Shown here piece after piece: positions 11,964 through 24,770 of a stretch of 64,000 nt of DNA. Under the pieces are notes generated by a model. That model searched no databases, was not told the origin of the DNA, and saw only the letters and a list, made by a program, of their open reading frames with translations. The DNA is from Emiliania huxleyi CCMP1516 (lineage: Eukaryota): NCBI RefSeq assembly GCF_000372725.1, contig NW_005201298.1, positions 125,393-189,392 on the forward strand, written 5' to 3'. Position 1 is the stretch's first letter; each line of letters starts with the position of its first letter. The position numbers and the translations under genes are program-made.

Positions 11964-12277
11964 AAGGCCCTTGCGCCATCTAATGTAAGGCCCTTGCGCC
12001 ATCTAAGGCCCTTGCGCCATCTAATGTAAGGCCCTCGCGCCATCTAAGGCTCTTGCGCCATCTAAGGCCCTCGCGCCATCTAATGTAAGGCCCTCGCGCC
12101 ATCTAAGGCTCTTGCGCCATCTAAGGCCCTCGCGCCATCTAAGGCCCTTGCGCCATCTAATGTAAGGCCCTTGCGCCATCTCATGTAAGGCCCTTGCGCC
12201 ATCTAAGGCCCTTGCGCCATCTAAGGCCCTCGCGCCATCTAAGGCCCTTGCGCCATCTAAGGCCCTTGCGCCATCTA
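11964..12277. repeat. 18/23-bp minisatellite AAGGCCCTTGCGCCATCT(AATGT)
   Basis: About 15 tandem units directly visible. Confidence 0.95.
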
Positions 12278-13601
12278 GTGCAGGGAAACGGCCCCATGGG
12301 CACGCCCCCGCTGGACACGGCGCGACAGCGACCGCGATCCCCACCGCCCCCTGAGGCGGCCACCGCCTCGCCAGCTGCACACGCTGCCGACACCGTCTTA
12401 CGGGCGAGCGGCTCGCAGCGGCTCGGCGGACAGGCCCGGCTCGCTACGCGGCGACAGGGCGGCCTCGCCCTCGTCGCGGCTCCTCTACTCGACGCACGGC
12501 GTCGAGCTCGCCACTGCGGCCACGCAGCGGCGCGTCAGGACCGCCGTCCCGACCCTCGCCAGCACACATCCGTCGCCACCCCGATGGCGATGGCGTGCCT
12601 CGGCTCGGCCAGCGGCGGAGCAACGGCGCGGCGCGCCGACGGAGCGGCGCGGCGCTCGTCCCGCGCCGCCAGCCGACGCATCGCGTCGAGGGCACATTGG
12701 CGGGTGCCTAGGAGGAAGCCAAGCACGACTATCGCCGCATTGGCATTGCTCCAACCTTGCCAGACCCAGTGACCGAACGACAACTAAACCATTGCCAAGC
12801 TCAACGTCTCTACCTGTGGCGCGGACCCACGCAACTGCGCGGGCTTCCGCTGTCGCCAAACAGCCAGGCGGCGGGCAGAGCAGGAGGCTCTGGATATCCC
12901 CTCCGTCGAGGGGAGGATCGCCCTGTCACAGTTATGCGAGCGACGCCAGCTTGCGAGACGTTCAAACCGAGCATCAGGAGAGTCATTTCCGGCCAAGGGG
13001 TCGGGCCCGAGCCGAGGGCGCCAGGGCGTCGCAATTTCGTCACGTTTGTGTCACGTGACACTTGGTCCGAACGATCTTGCTTCATGCCACCGGCCGTCAG
13101 TCTGGGACTACGCGCCGATCCTCCCTGCTTTGGTCCAAGGGTCTTCTTCCAATCTGCCAAACGGCAGGCGGCATTTCGGGCAACCTCGTACATGCTCGCA
13201 AGGGGGTACAGCCGGGGAACGAGCAGCGCGCCTCCTTGGCAGCCGCTCGCCCCCGACTCCATGTGTGCCATTTGCCGAAGAATTTCAGCCCTATACCAAA
13301 GCAAAAGCAATATCGGACGATGGGTTCGCATCCTCTTCACAGCTACCTGGCTACGAACAGGATACTACAACTTATCTACGATATCACGTGTATCTAAGAA
13401 CGATGTATGATGTATGTAGAAAGATGAACAACAGTCGAGAAGCGTGTGGAATGACGCCGTGAACGGCGGCTCGCAGAGGGGCATCCACGACCACAGATTC
13501 AGCCGAGGTTGCCACCCGCCGGTATCGGTTCGCTCCACTTTCGCTTCTCGCGCCTGCCACGCACCGCGCCGACACGGGGAACCAAGCGTGACCAAACGCA
13601 G

Positions 13602-15409
13602 ATGATCATTTTCGCCATCCGCTCGCTGCTGGCGACGCCGCTGCCCGGCTCGGCCCTGTCGCCGCCGCCGCCGGGCGCACCGAGCTCTCCGCCGCTGCTC
13701 AACCTGCTCTTCTTCTTGCAGGACGACACCGGCTACAACGACTTTCTCACCTCCACCGACTACGCCGGCGTTTACAGCGACGCGAACGCCCTGTGGCGGC
13801 AGCGAGGCATCCTGGTCGACCGGACGTACGCGGATATGGTTTGCGCGCCCAGCCGGGCGTCCTTCATCGCCGGCCGGCCGAGACACCTCGTGCAGCCCAC
13901 GCCTCGTTCGCGTGTGTACACTAGCTCGCAGGAGGTGTGTACACTAGCGCTGGCAGCACAGGCGTAAGCAGCAGCGGCAGCACAGCAGGCCATTGCTGGT
14001 TTGATACTAGGTGACGCTGATGCAAAAGCTCAGCTCCACTGGCTACCTGAGCTACATGGTCGGCAAGTGGCATTGCGGCGTGCAAGCGGCTCACCTGCCA
14101 ACCTCGCGCGGCTTCAACCGCTTCTTCGGGCACACGAGCCGGACGGATCTCACACACTGCTGTTCATCGCTATGAGTGACATCATTGATTAATAGGCTGC
14201 TCGAGAACCCGCTCGCGTACGACTCGGTTTGCGGCCATAAGACGAACAAATACAACGTGTACTACATGGAAAACACCGCCTTTGAAAACAGCGCCTCCTC
14301 TGCTCTGGTCCGATCTTAGATGCCGGGCGCGTGCCGGGCCCTGCCGGGCGCGAGATGGCGCGTGCCGGGCCACTACCAGTCTCAAAGAGAAATCACGACG
14401 ATCACGTCCTCTCCCCAGTCTCTCTCCCTGAGGTGTCCGTGGTTTCACTCAGGACCCCTTTATGCGGCGGCACTACGCGGACGCCGAGGACTACTACTCG
14501 CCGACCGAGCTGCAGGAGGAGGCGTTCCGCTTCCTGAACGACCACGTTGCCAGGTACGGGAGCGCCGGGAAGACCGCCGGCGTGCCACTCTTTCTGTACT
14601 TTGCGACGAACGCCATCCGCGATTCCGGCGACGACGACTCTCATCCGAGCCGTTTCTACGCCAACTGCACGCACGTCGCGAACCCGCAGCGCAGGAATGG
14701 GTGCGCCGCCTCGGCGACCATCAACCTCGCCATCAGCGAGCTGACGACGTACATGGACACCCTGTCGGACGACGACTGGCTCGGCATCGTCTCGAGCGAC
14801 AACGGAGGCTCTGCTTGGAACTTCAACTCGCCAGGAAACAACTATCCTCTCCGAGGGAACAAGAACGAGATCTTCGAGGGGGGCGTGCGGGTGCAGAGCA
14901 TGATCTGGGGGACCTATCCGCCACTCCTGTCGAGCAGGATGATTGGACACACGTACTCGGCGGGGTTCGTATCGATTTTCGATTGGCACGCGACCTTTGC
15001 GGAGCTCGGCGGCTGGACAACCGCAGGTGGCGCCGAGGACGACCACATCAACAACGGGGTCAACTACCTTGGCGACATCTTGGAGAACCGCACCGCGCGT
15101 CCCGAGCTGCTGTTTGTCAGTGGTTCCGGCTCAGCCTTTCTCCTCAACGGGACGTACAAGCTGCTTGAGGCAGTGCCGTACGGGCCAGAGTCGATGAATG
15201 GGCCCAACTTGGCAACTAAACTTCGGGGGCACGCGTGGCCGGTTCGGGGCGCCAGCACAGAGCTGTACTTTGCCAGCCAGATCGAGGTTGCAAGCAGTGC
15301 TTCTTATCCGTCGAATGAGGCCACGTGCCGAAAACATCTCGGCAAGTACACTGTAGACTCATGCGGACGGCTCCTTTTTGACATCGAGGCCGATCCGGAG
15401 GAGTCCACA
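13602..15409 (+). CDS. Arylsulfatase-like sulfatase, copy 1 (multi-exon, 3' end in gap)
   Basis: NLLFFLQDDTGYND, CAPSRASFIAGR (CxPxR formylglycine motif), GYLSYMVGKWHCG...RGFNRFFG, SSDNGG, NYPLRGNKNEIFEGGVRV. Confidence 0.92.
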
Positions 15410-16386
15410 NNNNNNNNNNNNNNNNNNNNNNNNNNNNNNNNNNNNNNNNNNNNNNNNNNNNNNNNNNNNNNNNNNNNNNNNNNNNNNNNNNNNNNNNNNN
15501 NNNNNNNNNNNNNNNNNNNNNNNNNNNNNNNNNNNNNNNNNNNNNNNNNNNNNNNNNNNNNNNNNNNNNNNNNNNNNNNNNNNNNNNNNNNNNNNNNNNN
15601 NNNNNNNNNNNNNNNNNNNNNNNNNNNNNNNNNNNNNNNNNNNNNNNNNNNNNNNNNNNNNNNNNNNNNNNNNNNNNNNNNNNNNNNNNNNNNNNNNNNN
15701 NNNNNNNNNNNNNNNNNNNNNNNNNNNNNNNNNNNNNNNNNNNNNNNNNNNNNNNNNNNNNNNNNNNNNNNNNNNNNNNNNNNNNNNNNNNNNNNNNNNN
15801 NNNNNNNNNNNNNNNNNNNNNNNNNNNNNNNNNNNNNNNNNNNNNNNNNNNNNNNNNNNNNNNNNNNNNNNNNNNNNNNNNNNNNNNNNNNNNNNNNNNN
15901 NNNNNNNNNNNNNNNNNNNNNNNNNNNNNNNNNNNNNNNNNNNNNNNNNNNNNNNNNNNNNNNNNNNNNNNNNNNNNNNNNNNNNNNNNNNNNNNNNNNN
16001 NNNNNNNNNNNNNNNNNNNNNNNNNNNNNNNNNNNNNNNNNNNNNNNNNNNNNNNNNNNNNNNNNNNNNNNNNNNNNNNNNNNNNNNNNNNNNNNNNNNN
16101 NNNNNNNNNNNNNNNNNNNNNNNNNNNNNNNNNNNNNNNNNNNNNNNNNNNNNNNNNNNNNNNNNNNNNNNNNNNNNNNNNNNNNNGATGTATGATGTAT
16201 GTAGAAAGATGAACAACAGTCGAGAAGCGTGTGGAATGACGCCGTGAACGGCGGCTCGCAGAGGGGCATCCACGACCACAGATTCAGCCGAGGTTGCCAC
16301 CCGCCGGTATCGGTTCGCTCCACTTTCGCTTCTCGCGCCTGCCACGCACCGCGCCGACACGGGGAACCAAGCGTGACCAAACGCAG

Positions 16387-18002
16387 ATGATCATTTTCGC
16401 CATCCGCTCGCTGCTGGCGACGCCGCTGCCCGGCTCGGCCCTGTCGCCGCCGCCGCCGGGCGCACCGAGCTCTCCGCCGCTGCTCAACCTGCTCTTCTTC
16501 TTGCAGGACGACACCGGCTACAACGACTTTCTCACCTCCACCGACTACGCCGGCGTTTACAGCGACGCGAACGCCCTGTGGCGGCAGCGAGGCATCCTGG
16601 TCGACCGGACGTACGCGGATATGGTTTGCGCGCCCAGCCGGGCGTCCTTCATCGCCGGCCGGCCGAGACACCTCGTGCAGCCCACGCCTCGTTCGCGTGT
16701 GTACACTAGCTCGCAGGAGGTGTGTACACTAGCGCTGGCAGCACAGGCGTAAGCAGCAGCGGCAGCACAGCAGGCCATTGCTGGTTTGATACTAGGTGAC
16801 GCTGATGCAAAAGCTCAGCTCCACTGGCTACCTGAGCTACATGGTCGGCAAGTGGCATTGCGGCGTGCAAGCGGCTCACCTGCCAACCTCGCGCGGCTTC
16901 AACCGCTTCTTCGGGCACACGAGCCGGACGGATCTCACACACTGCTGTTCATCGCTATGAGTGACATCATTGATTAATAGGCTGCTCGAGAACCCGCTCG
17001 CGTACGACTCGGTTTGCGGCCATAAGACGAACAAATACAACGTGTACTACATGGAAAACACCGCCTTTGAAAACAGCGCCTCCTCTGCTCTGGTCCGATC
17101 TTAGATGCCGGGCGCGTGCCGGGCCCTGCCGGGCGCGAGATGGCGCGTGCCGGGCCACTACCAGTCTCAAAGAGAAATCACGACGATCACGTCCTCTCCC
17201 CAGTCTCTCTCCCTGAGGTGTCCGTGGTTTCACTCAGGACCCCTTTATGCGGCGGCACTACGCGGACGCCGAGGACTACTACTCGCCGACCGAGCTGCAG
17301 GAGGAGGCGTTCCGCTTCCTGAACGACCACGTTGCCAGGTACGGGAGCGCCGGGAAGACCGCCGGCGTGCCACTCTTTCTGTACTTTGCGACGAACGCCA
17401 TCCGCGATTCCGGCGACGACGACTCTCATCCGAGCCGTTTCTACGCCAATTGCACGCACGTCGCGAACCCGCAGCGCAGGAATGGGTGCGCCGCCTCGGC
17501 GACCATCAACCTCGCCATCAGCGAGCTGACGTCGTACATGGACACCCTCTCGTCCGACGACTGGCTCGGCATCGTCTCGAGCGACAACGGAGGCTCTGCT
17601 TGGAACTTCAACTCGCCAGGAAACAACTATCCTCTCCGAGGGAACAAGAACGAGATCTTCGAGGGGGGCGTGCGGGTGCAGAGCATGATCTGGGGGACCT
17701 ATCCGCCACTCCTGTCGAGCAGGATGATTGGACACACGTACTCGGCGGGGTTCGTATCGATTTTCGATTGGCACGCGACCTTTGCGGAGCTCGGCGGCTG
17801 GACAACCGCAGGTGGCGCCGAGGACGACCACATCAACAACGGGGTCAACTACCTTGGCGACATCTTGGAGAACCGCACCGCGCGTCCCGAGCTGCTGTTT
17901 GTCAGTGGTTCCGGCTCAGCCTTTCTCCTCAACGGGACGTACAAGCTGCTTGAGGCAGTGCCGTACGGGCCAGAGTCGATGAATGGGCCCAACTTGGCAA
18001 CT
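16387..18002 (+). CDS. Sulfatase, copy 2 (near-identical, offset 2785 bp)
   Basis: Same exons and introns as copy 1 with a few substitutions (ELTTYMDTLSDDDW vs ELTSYMDTLSSDDW). Confidence 0.88.
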
Positions 18003-18610
18003 NNNNNNNNNNNNNNNNNNNNNNNNNNNNNNNNNNNNNNNNNNNNNNNNNNNNNNNNNNNNNNNNNNNNNNNNNNNNNNNNNNNNNNNNNNNNNNNNNN
18101 NNNNNNNNNNNNNNNNNNNNNNNNNNNNNNNNNNNNNNNNNNNNNNNNNNNNNNNNNNNNNNNNNNNNNNNNNNNNNNNNNNNNNNNNNNNNNNNNNNNN
18201 NNNNNNNNNNNNNNNNNNNNNNNNNNNNNNNNNNNNNNNNNNNNNNNNNNNNNNNNNNNNNNNNNNNNNNNNNNNNNNNNNNNNNNNNNNNNNNNNNNNN
18301 NNNNNNNNNNNNNNNNNNNNNNNNNNNNNNNNNNNNNNNNNNNNNNNNNNNNNNNNNNNNNNNNNNNNNNNNNNNNNNNNNNNNNNNNNNNNNNNNNNNN
18401 NNNNNNNNNNNNNNNNNNNNNNNNNNNNNNNNNNNNNNNNNNNNNNNNNNNNNNNNNNNNNNNNNNNNNNNNNNNNNNNNNNNNNNNNNNNNNNNNNNNN
18501 NNNNNNNNNNNNNNNNNNNNNNNNNNNNNNNNNNNNNNNNNNNNNNNNNNNNNNNNNNNNNNNNNNNNNNNNNNNNNNNNNNNNNNNNNNNNNNNNNNNN
18601 NNNNNNNNNN

Positions 18611-21479
18611 GTGGGGCGTCGACCTCGGGAGCGAGGTGTATGTGCGCTACGTGCGGCTGCAGAACGCAAACGACTGCTGCGCGGAGCGGCTGACGGACGT
18701 CGACATCTATCTCGGCTCGACGGCGGAGACGTACACGGGCAACGCGCTGGTGAAGTCGGACGTGAGCGTGTCGTCGAACGTGATGTTGGAGGTGGAGATC
18801 AACGCGCTGGGGCGCTACATCTACCTCAACCGGCCGTCTGCGGCGGGGCTGACGGTGTGCAAATTCTACGTCTTCACTTCGCCCGCGCCGCCGTCGCCAC
18901 CATCACCGCCGCCGCCGTCCGAGCCGCCCTCCCCTCCGCCCCCCTACGCCTCGCCGTCGCCGCCGCCGCCGTCTGTGTCGCCCTCGCCGCCGCCCCCGTC
19001 CGTGCCGCCGTCACCTCCGCCGCCCTCCGCCTCGCCCTCGCCGCCGCCTCCCTCCGCCTTGCCGTCGCCTCCGCCACCGTCCGTGCCGCCCTCGCCGCCG
19101 CCGCCCTCAGCGTCGCCCTCGCCGCCACCGCCGTCAGCCTTGCCGTCGCCGCCGCCGCCCTCCGCCTCGCCGTCGCCGCCGCCGCCCTCCGCCTCGCCCT
19201 CGCCGCCGCCGCCGTCGGCCTCGCCCTTTCCGCCGCCGCCGTCGGCCTCGCCCTCGCCTCCGCCCCCCTCCGCCTCGCCGTCGCCGCCGCCCCCGTCCGT
19301 GCCGCCGTCACCACCGCCACCGTCGGCGTCGCCCTCTCCGCCGCCGCCGTCCGTGTCGCCCTCGCCGCCGCCGTCCGCCCCGCCCTCCCCTCCGCAACCG
19401 TCCGCCTCGCCGTCGCCGCCGCCGCCGTCCGTGACGCCGTCGCCGCCGCCGCCCTCCGCCTCGCCCTGGCCGCCGCCGCCGTCGGCCTCGCCCTCGCCGC
19501 CGCCGCCGTCCACCTCGCCCTCGCCGCCGCCACCGTACGTGCCGCCCTCGCCGCCGCCGCCTTCCGACTCGCCATCGCCTCCGCCCCCCTCCGCATCGCC
19601 GTCGCCGCCGCCGCCGTCCGTGCCGCCGTCACCACCGCCACCGTCGGCCTCGCCCTCGCCTCCGCCGTCCGTGCCGCCGTCGACGCCGCCGCCGTCGGCC
19701 TCGCCCTCACCGCCGCCGCCGTCCGTGCCGGCCTTCCCTCCGCCCCCCTCCGCCTCGCCGTCGCCGCCGCCGCCGTCCGTGCCGCCCTCGCCGCCGCCTC
19801 CCTCCGCCTCGCCGTCGCCGCCGCCACCGTCCGTGCCGCCCTTCCCTCCGCCGCCTTCCGCCTCGCCCTCGCCTCCGCCGCCCTCCACCTCGCCCTCGCC
19901 GCCGCCCCCGTCCGTGCCGCCGTCACCACCGCCACCGTCGGCCTCGCCCTCTCCGCCGCCGCCGTCCGTGTTTCCCTCGCCGCCGCCGCCCTCCGCCTCG
20001 CCGTCGCCGCCGCCGCCCTCCGCCTCGCCGTCGCCGCCGCCGCCGTCGGCCTCGCCCTCGCGTCCGCCGCCCTCCACCTCGCCCTCGCCGCCGCCCCCGT
20101 CCGTGCCGCCGTCACCACCGCCACCGTCAGCCTCGCCCTCTCCGCCGCCGCCGTCCGTGTCGCCCTCGCCGCCGCCACCGTCCGTGCCGCCGTCACCACC
20201 GCCACCGTCGGCCTCGCCCTCTCCGCCGCCGCCGTCCGTGTCGCCCTCGCCGCCGCCACCGTCCGTGCCGCCCTCCCCTCCGCCCCCCTCCGCCTCGCCG
20301 TCGCCGCCGCCGCCGTCTGTGTCGCCGTCGCCGCCGCCCCCGTCCGTGCCGCCGTCACCTCCGCCGCCCTCCGCCTCGCCCTCGCCGCCGCCTCCCTCCG
20401 CCTTGCCGTCGCCTCCGCCACCGTCTGTGCCGCCCTCGCCGCCGCCGCGCTCAGCGTCGCCCTCGCCGCCACCGCCGTCAACCTCGCCGTCGCCGCCGCC
20501 GCCCTCCGCCTCGCCGTCGCCGCCGCCGCCCTCCGCCTCGCCCTCGCCGCCGCCGCCGTCGGCCTCGCCCTCCCCACCGCCGCCGTCGGCCTCGCCCTCG
20601 CCTCCGCCCCCCTCCGCCTCGCCGTCGCCGCCGCCACCGTCCGTGCCGCCCTCGCCGCCGCCGCCTTCCGACTCGCCGTCGCCTCCGCCCCCCTCCGCCT
20701 CGCCGTCGCCGCCGCCCCCGTCCGTGCCGCCGTCACCACCGCCGCCGTCGGTCTCGCCGTCGCCGCCGCCGCCGTCCGCCTCGCCCTCGCCGCCGCCGTC
20801 CGTGCCGCCGTCACCACCGCCACCGTCGGCCTCGCCCTCGCCAACGCCGTCGCCAATTCGACCAGGAGAGGTCGTGGTTTTCGCTTCCTCCTTCTCCCTC
20901 GAGATCGTCTCGGCCCGACGGCAGCGCGCTCTAGCCGCCATGGACTTGGTTGCCATTGAGGCCGCTTTGATCGATTCCTTCGCCACTTGCGACCCCCCTG
21001 TGATTGTCTCCGCCGAACAGATGACCCTCGAGGATCTCGGCGACGACAAGGTGCAGGCCACCATCGTGCAGGCCGAGGGTGGGCCGGCCGCGGAGGACAT
21101 CACGGCTGCCGCGGAGCAGCTAGCCTTCCTCACACGCATGGCCGAGCAGCTGGGGGTGGCTAAAGTCGGCTTCGACGCGCCGCCCGTAACGGTCACGGTG
21201 GTCGTTGCGCCGCCGCCACCCTCCGCCTCGCCCTCGCCGCCGCCGCCCTCCGCCTCGCCGCTGCCGCCGCCTGCCTCCGCGCCGTCGCCGCCGCCGCCGT
21301 CCTTCACGCCCCTCATCGACGTCGATCCAGGACGGTCTGATGAACTCACCAGCGAAAACGCTGGTGACGATGGCCCAGTGCTCGAGCTGTGGGCGGTGGC
21401 TCTTATCGCTGTGGGAGCGGCCGCTGCAGTGCTGTGCTTGGGGGGCTGTTGCATTTGGCGGAGACGGAGGGGCGCTTGA
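18611..21479 (+). CDS. C-terminal part of a cell-surface protein: F-type lectin/F5-8C-like domain, Ser-Pro stalk, TM helix
   Basis: WGVDLG...VRLQNANDCCAERL...GRYIYL...LTVCKFYVF, then ~650 aa of SPPPP repeats, then LWAVALIAVGAAAAVLCLGGCCIW and RRRRGA-stop. Confidence 0.85.
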
Positions 21480-23709
21480 GGTTTGTGCCGTCCGCCATCG
21501 CCGCGACGCGATGCAAGACTGAGGCCGAGTGTGGAGTCGTGCCGGGATTGCGGGTAAGTAGCCAACTGGAGGTGCCAACTGTGCGTCTCTGAATCTTTGA
21601 AAATATGTGTGCACCTGCTGTGTTTTCGTACCTGTGAGTGAGAGCTGATATACGCTATCGTTCCATCGGTCTCGCGCTGGAACCGAGACGCCGTCGGTCA
21701 ACCCGTCATGCGGCAGGTGGCTTGCTTTGGCTCGCTGCCACCGCGGTGGCTCACCAAGGACTTTTCAGCGTGCTGCGTCATCACCGCGCGGCGCGCAAGC
21801 CACGCCTCACCCGGGCAAAAAGAACGACCGCGCGCCGCCGCCGCCCGCCGCGCCGCCCCGCGCCTCGCCTCGCCTCGCCTTGCAGCAGCGCACGCGCACA
21901 CGCACCCACGCGCCCGCGCTCCCTCGCTCCGCGAGAGCGAAGCAACCCTCCAAGCGAGTTCCGAACCGGGAGCCAAAAGGTCCCGGCTCGAACCGGTGAA
22001 CCGGTTCGACCACCGCCGCTGGCGGTTCTTGCAAAGGCATCAAAGGCAGTGCTTGATATAACGTTAAATAGTGCGAGCGCGCGCGAGATACTCACCCGAC
22101 CCACCGTGCCCTCGCGACAGAGATCTCGCGCAGCGCGCGCTCGCACACGCCGCCCGAGAGCACTCCCACCCCCGCCGCCTCGCAAGCTCACAGGTTGATT
22201 TGAGGAGAAGCAGCTGGGGGAGGTCAAAGCGGGAGAAGGCGGCACGGCGGCGGCGGCGCGGCCCCCCCCATCCCCACGCCTCCGGGTCGTGCGTACCGCC
22301 TCCGGGCGCGAGTGTCCCCCCAGCGTCTGCTCCGGCAGTCGCTCCGGTAATCAGGCCGAGAGTACCAGGGAGGAGGGGAGAAGAGCCCAGGGTGGGGAGA
22401 GGAGAAGAGCCCAGGGAGGGGGGAGGAGAAGAGCCCAAGACGGCCTNNNNNNNNNNNNNNNNNNNNNNNNNNNNNNNNNNNNNNNNNNNNNNNNNNNNNN
22501 NNNNNNNNNNNNNNNNNNNNNNNNNNNNNNNNNNNNNNNNNNNNNNNNNNNNNNNNNNNNNNNNNNNNNNNNNNNNNNNNNNNNNNNNNNNNNNNNNNNN
22601 NNNNNNNNNNNNNNNNNNNNNNNNNNNNNNNNNNNNNNNNNNNNNNNNNNNNNNNNNNNNNNNNNNNNNNNNNNNNNNNNNNNNNNNNNNNNNNNNNNNN
22701 NNNNNNNNNNNNNNNNNNNNNNNNNNNNNNNNNNNNNNNNNNNNNNNNNNNNNNNNNNNNNNNNNNNNNNNNNNNNNNNNNNNNNNNNNNNNNNNNNNNN
22801 NNNNNNNNNNNNNNNNNNNNNNNNNNNNNNNNNNNNNNNNNNNNNNNNNNNNNNNNNNNNNNNNNNNNNNNNNNNNNNNNNNNNNNNNNNNNNNNNNNNN
22901 NNNNNNNNNNNNNNNNNNNNNNNNNNNNNNNNNNNNNNNNNNNNNNNNNNNNNNNNNNNNNNNNNNNNNNNNNNNNNNNNNNNNNNNNNNNNNNNNNNNN
23001 NNNNNNNNNNNNNNNNNNNNNNNNNNNNNNNNNNNNNNNNNNNNNNNNNNNNNNNNNNNNNNNNNNNNNNNNNNNNNNNNNNNNNNNNNNNNNNNNNNNN
23101 NNNNNNNNNNNNNNNNNNNNNNNNNNNNNNNNNNNNNNNNNNNNNNNNNNNNNNNNNNNNNNNNNNNNNNNNNNNNNNNCTCCCTCTCCCTCTCCTCCCC
23201 CCGGGCCTCCCTCTTCCCCCCTTCCTCCCGCCAAGCACCGACAGTCTCGAGGGGCCAGCCGCTGGAAGGGGCAAGCCAGCGGCACGAGGGCTTCAGCCAC
23301 ACAACTACCATGGGAACGTGACCCACACAAAGCACCAAAGTTAGGCATACCCCCCGGCGCAGTGTCCCCCGCTATGTGTCGCCGTTTGTCGGGGCACGCT
23401 ATCCTGTGTAGTCAGGGCAAGTGGGGGCGGGGTGGACAGCCCAGGCCAGATGCCCTGGGATCTCTCTGCCCAGTCCGGGGGTGCGTCGAACCTTCCATCA
23501 CCCTGTCGGAAGCGGCGTGCCGGTGGAGGCACGTCCGGGTTTTGGAAGTAAAGATATATTACTTTTTTTCCATCGGTCTCGCGCCTATATGTGTTCCGCC
23601 TCAGAGCGTCGGAGCAGTGAATGTGTCCACACCGTGTTGGCCGTGTACGGCGCTCGTTTACGGAGCCGCATCTATAACTTGTGTGCATGGTCTGAGACTT
23701 CTCTCTCCA

Positions 23710-23940
23710 GTCTACGAAGAGATTAGGTTTAGGAGCAGCAGGATCCAGGAACCCGAGGGACCATGTGGAAGACGGAGCTAGTGCTAGTCCCCCATCGGGA
23801 GGACGACCCCGGCTAGTCGCCGACCACACGCCCACAAAGAACCCTGCACAAAGATCGCACGGGCGGGGACCTGTTCCTTTTACCCATCTCACAGTAGAGG
23901 TGTCCGTTTTTATTTATTGTTTTTATTTATTTATTTATCT
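23710..23940 (+). mobile_element. Dispersed repeat R1 copy
   Basis: TACGAAGAGATTAGG...CCATGTGGAAGACGG...ACAGTAGAGGTGTCCGTTTTTATTTATT. Confidence 0.75.
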
Positions 23941-24136
23941 CTCCAGTCTCCAGAGCGGCCGATGATAAGTATGGTTGGTGGCCCGAAGGGCGATTCATAG
24001 ATTTGCCCGAAGGGCGTCACCCTGCCCGTGTGCTCGTGGCGTTTGGCCAGCGAGCTCGCGGGACAGGGGGGGTGTTGGGGACCCCGCCGCAAACCCCGTG
24101 CACCACCCCCCCTGTCCCTCGGAGGTGTGTGTGTCC

Positions 24137-24232
24137 CAGGCAGGCAGGCAGGCAGGCAGGCCGGCAGGCAGGCAGGCAGGCAGGCTGGCTGGCAGGCAGG
24201 CTGGCAGCAGCTGCTGGCAGGCAGCATGGCAG
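24137..24232. repeat. (GGCA)n microsatellite
   Basis: Directly visible. Confidence 0.85.
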
Positions 24233-24770
24233 GCTCTCCGCTCGTCGGCTGCGGGCAGCGCCTGCGCGCGATGGTCGTGCGAGTCGCGCGGCCGCGAAGG
24301 TGCCGCGCGCGCGTGTGCCTCGGCTCGCCCACCTCGTGCTGCCAGCAGTGCCAGCAGCAGGCAAATGGGCGCTGCAGGTGTTGTGGGGGTGTTGCCCCGG
24401 CAGCGCGCCGGCTGCACTGGGCCGCAGCCGCAGGCCGGCGCCATTGGCGCCAGCCTTTGGCGCTGTCGGCCAATGTTGCACGCCGCGGAGGGACGTACGT
24501 GCAAACTTTTTGATGCGCGCGCCGACCGCGCCTTCCGGCGGGTCGGGCGCGCTGCGAGCGAGCGCTGGTAGGCGCTGGGTGGCGCGGGGGGCGGCGGGAT
24601 TCCCCGCGCCATGCGAGCTGTGTCGTCTCAACGCTGTTGCGAAAACGGAGAAAAGAAAAACGTATTCCTATTGCGTAGACGAGCACGAATGCGAGACAAA
24701 ACCGAAACAGAGAGGCAGATCTGCACCTTGCACCTTCCTTCCCCCCCTTCCACAGACATTAGACAATTTC

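Noticed and set aside
18611..21565. Long Ala-rich and Gly-rich ORFs in other frames
   Set aside because: Shadow frames of the Ser-Pro repeat; only one frame has the lectin domain and TM helix.
15304..23348. Long ORFs spanning N-gaps
   Set aside because: Their length comes from unknown bases; frame across gaps cannot be determined.
23714..23730. U6 snRNA similarity (GAAGAGATTAG)
   Set aside because: Only a short partial match; the rest of U6 is absent.
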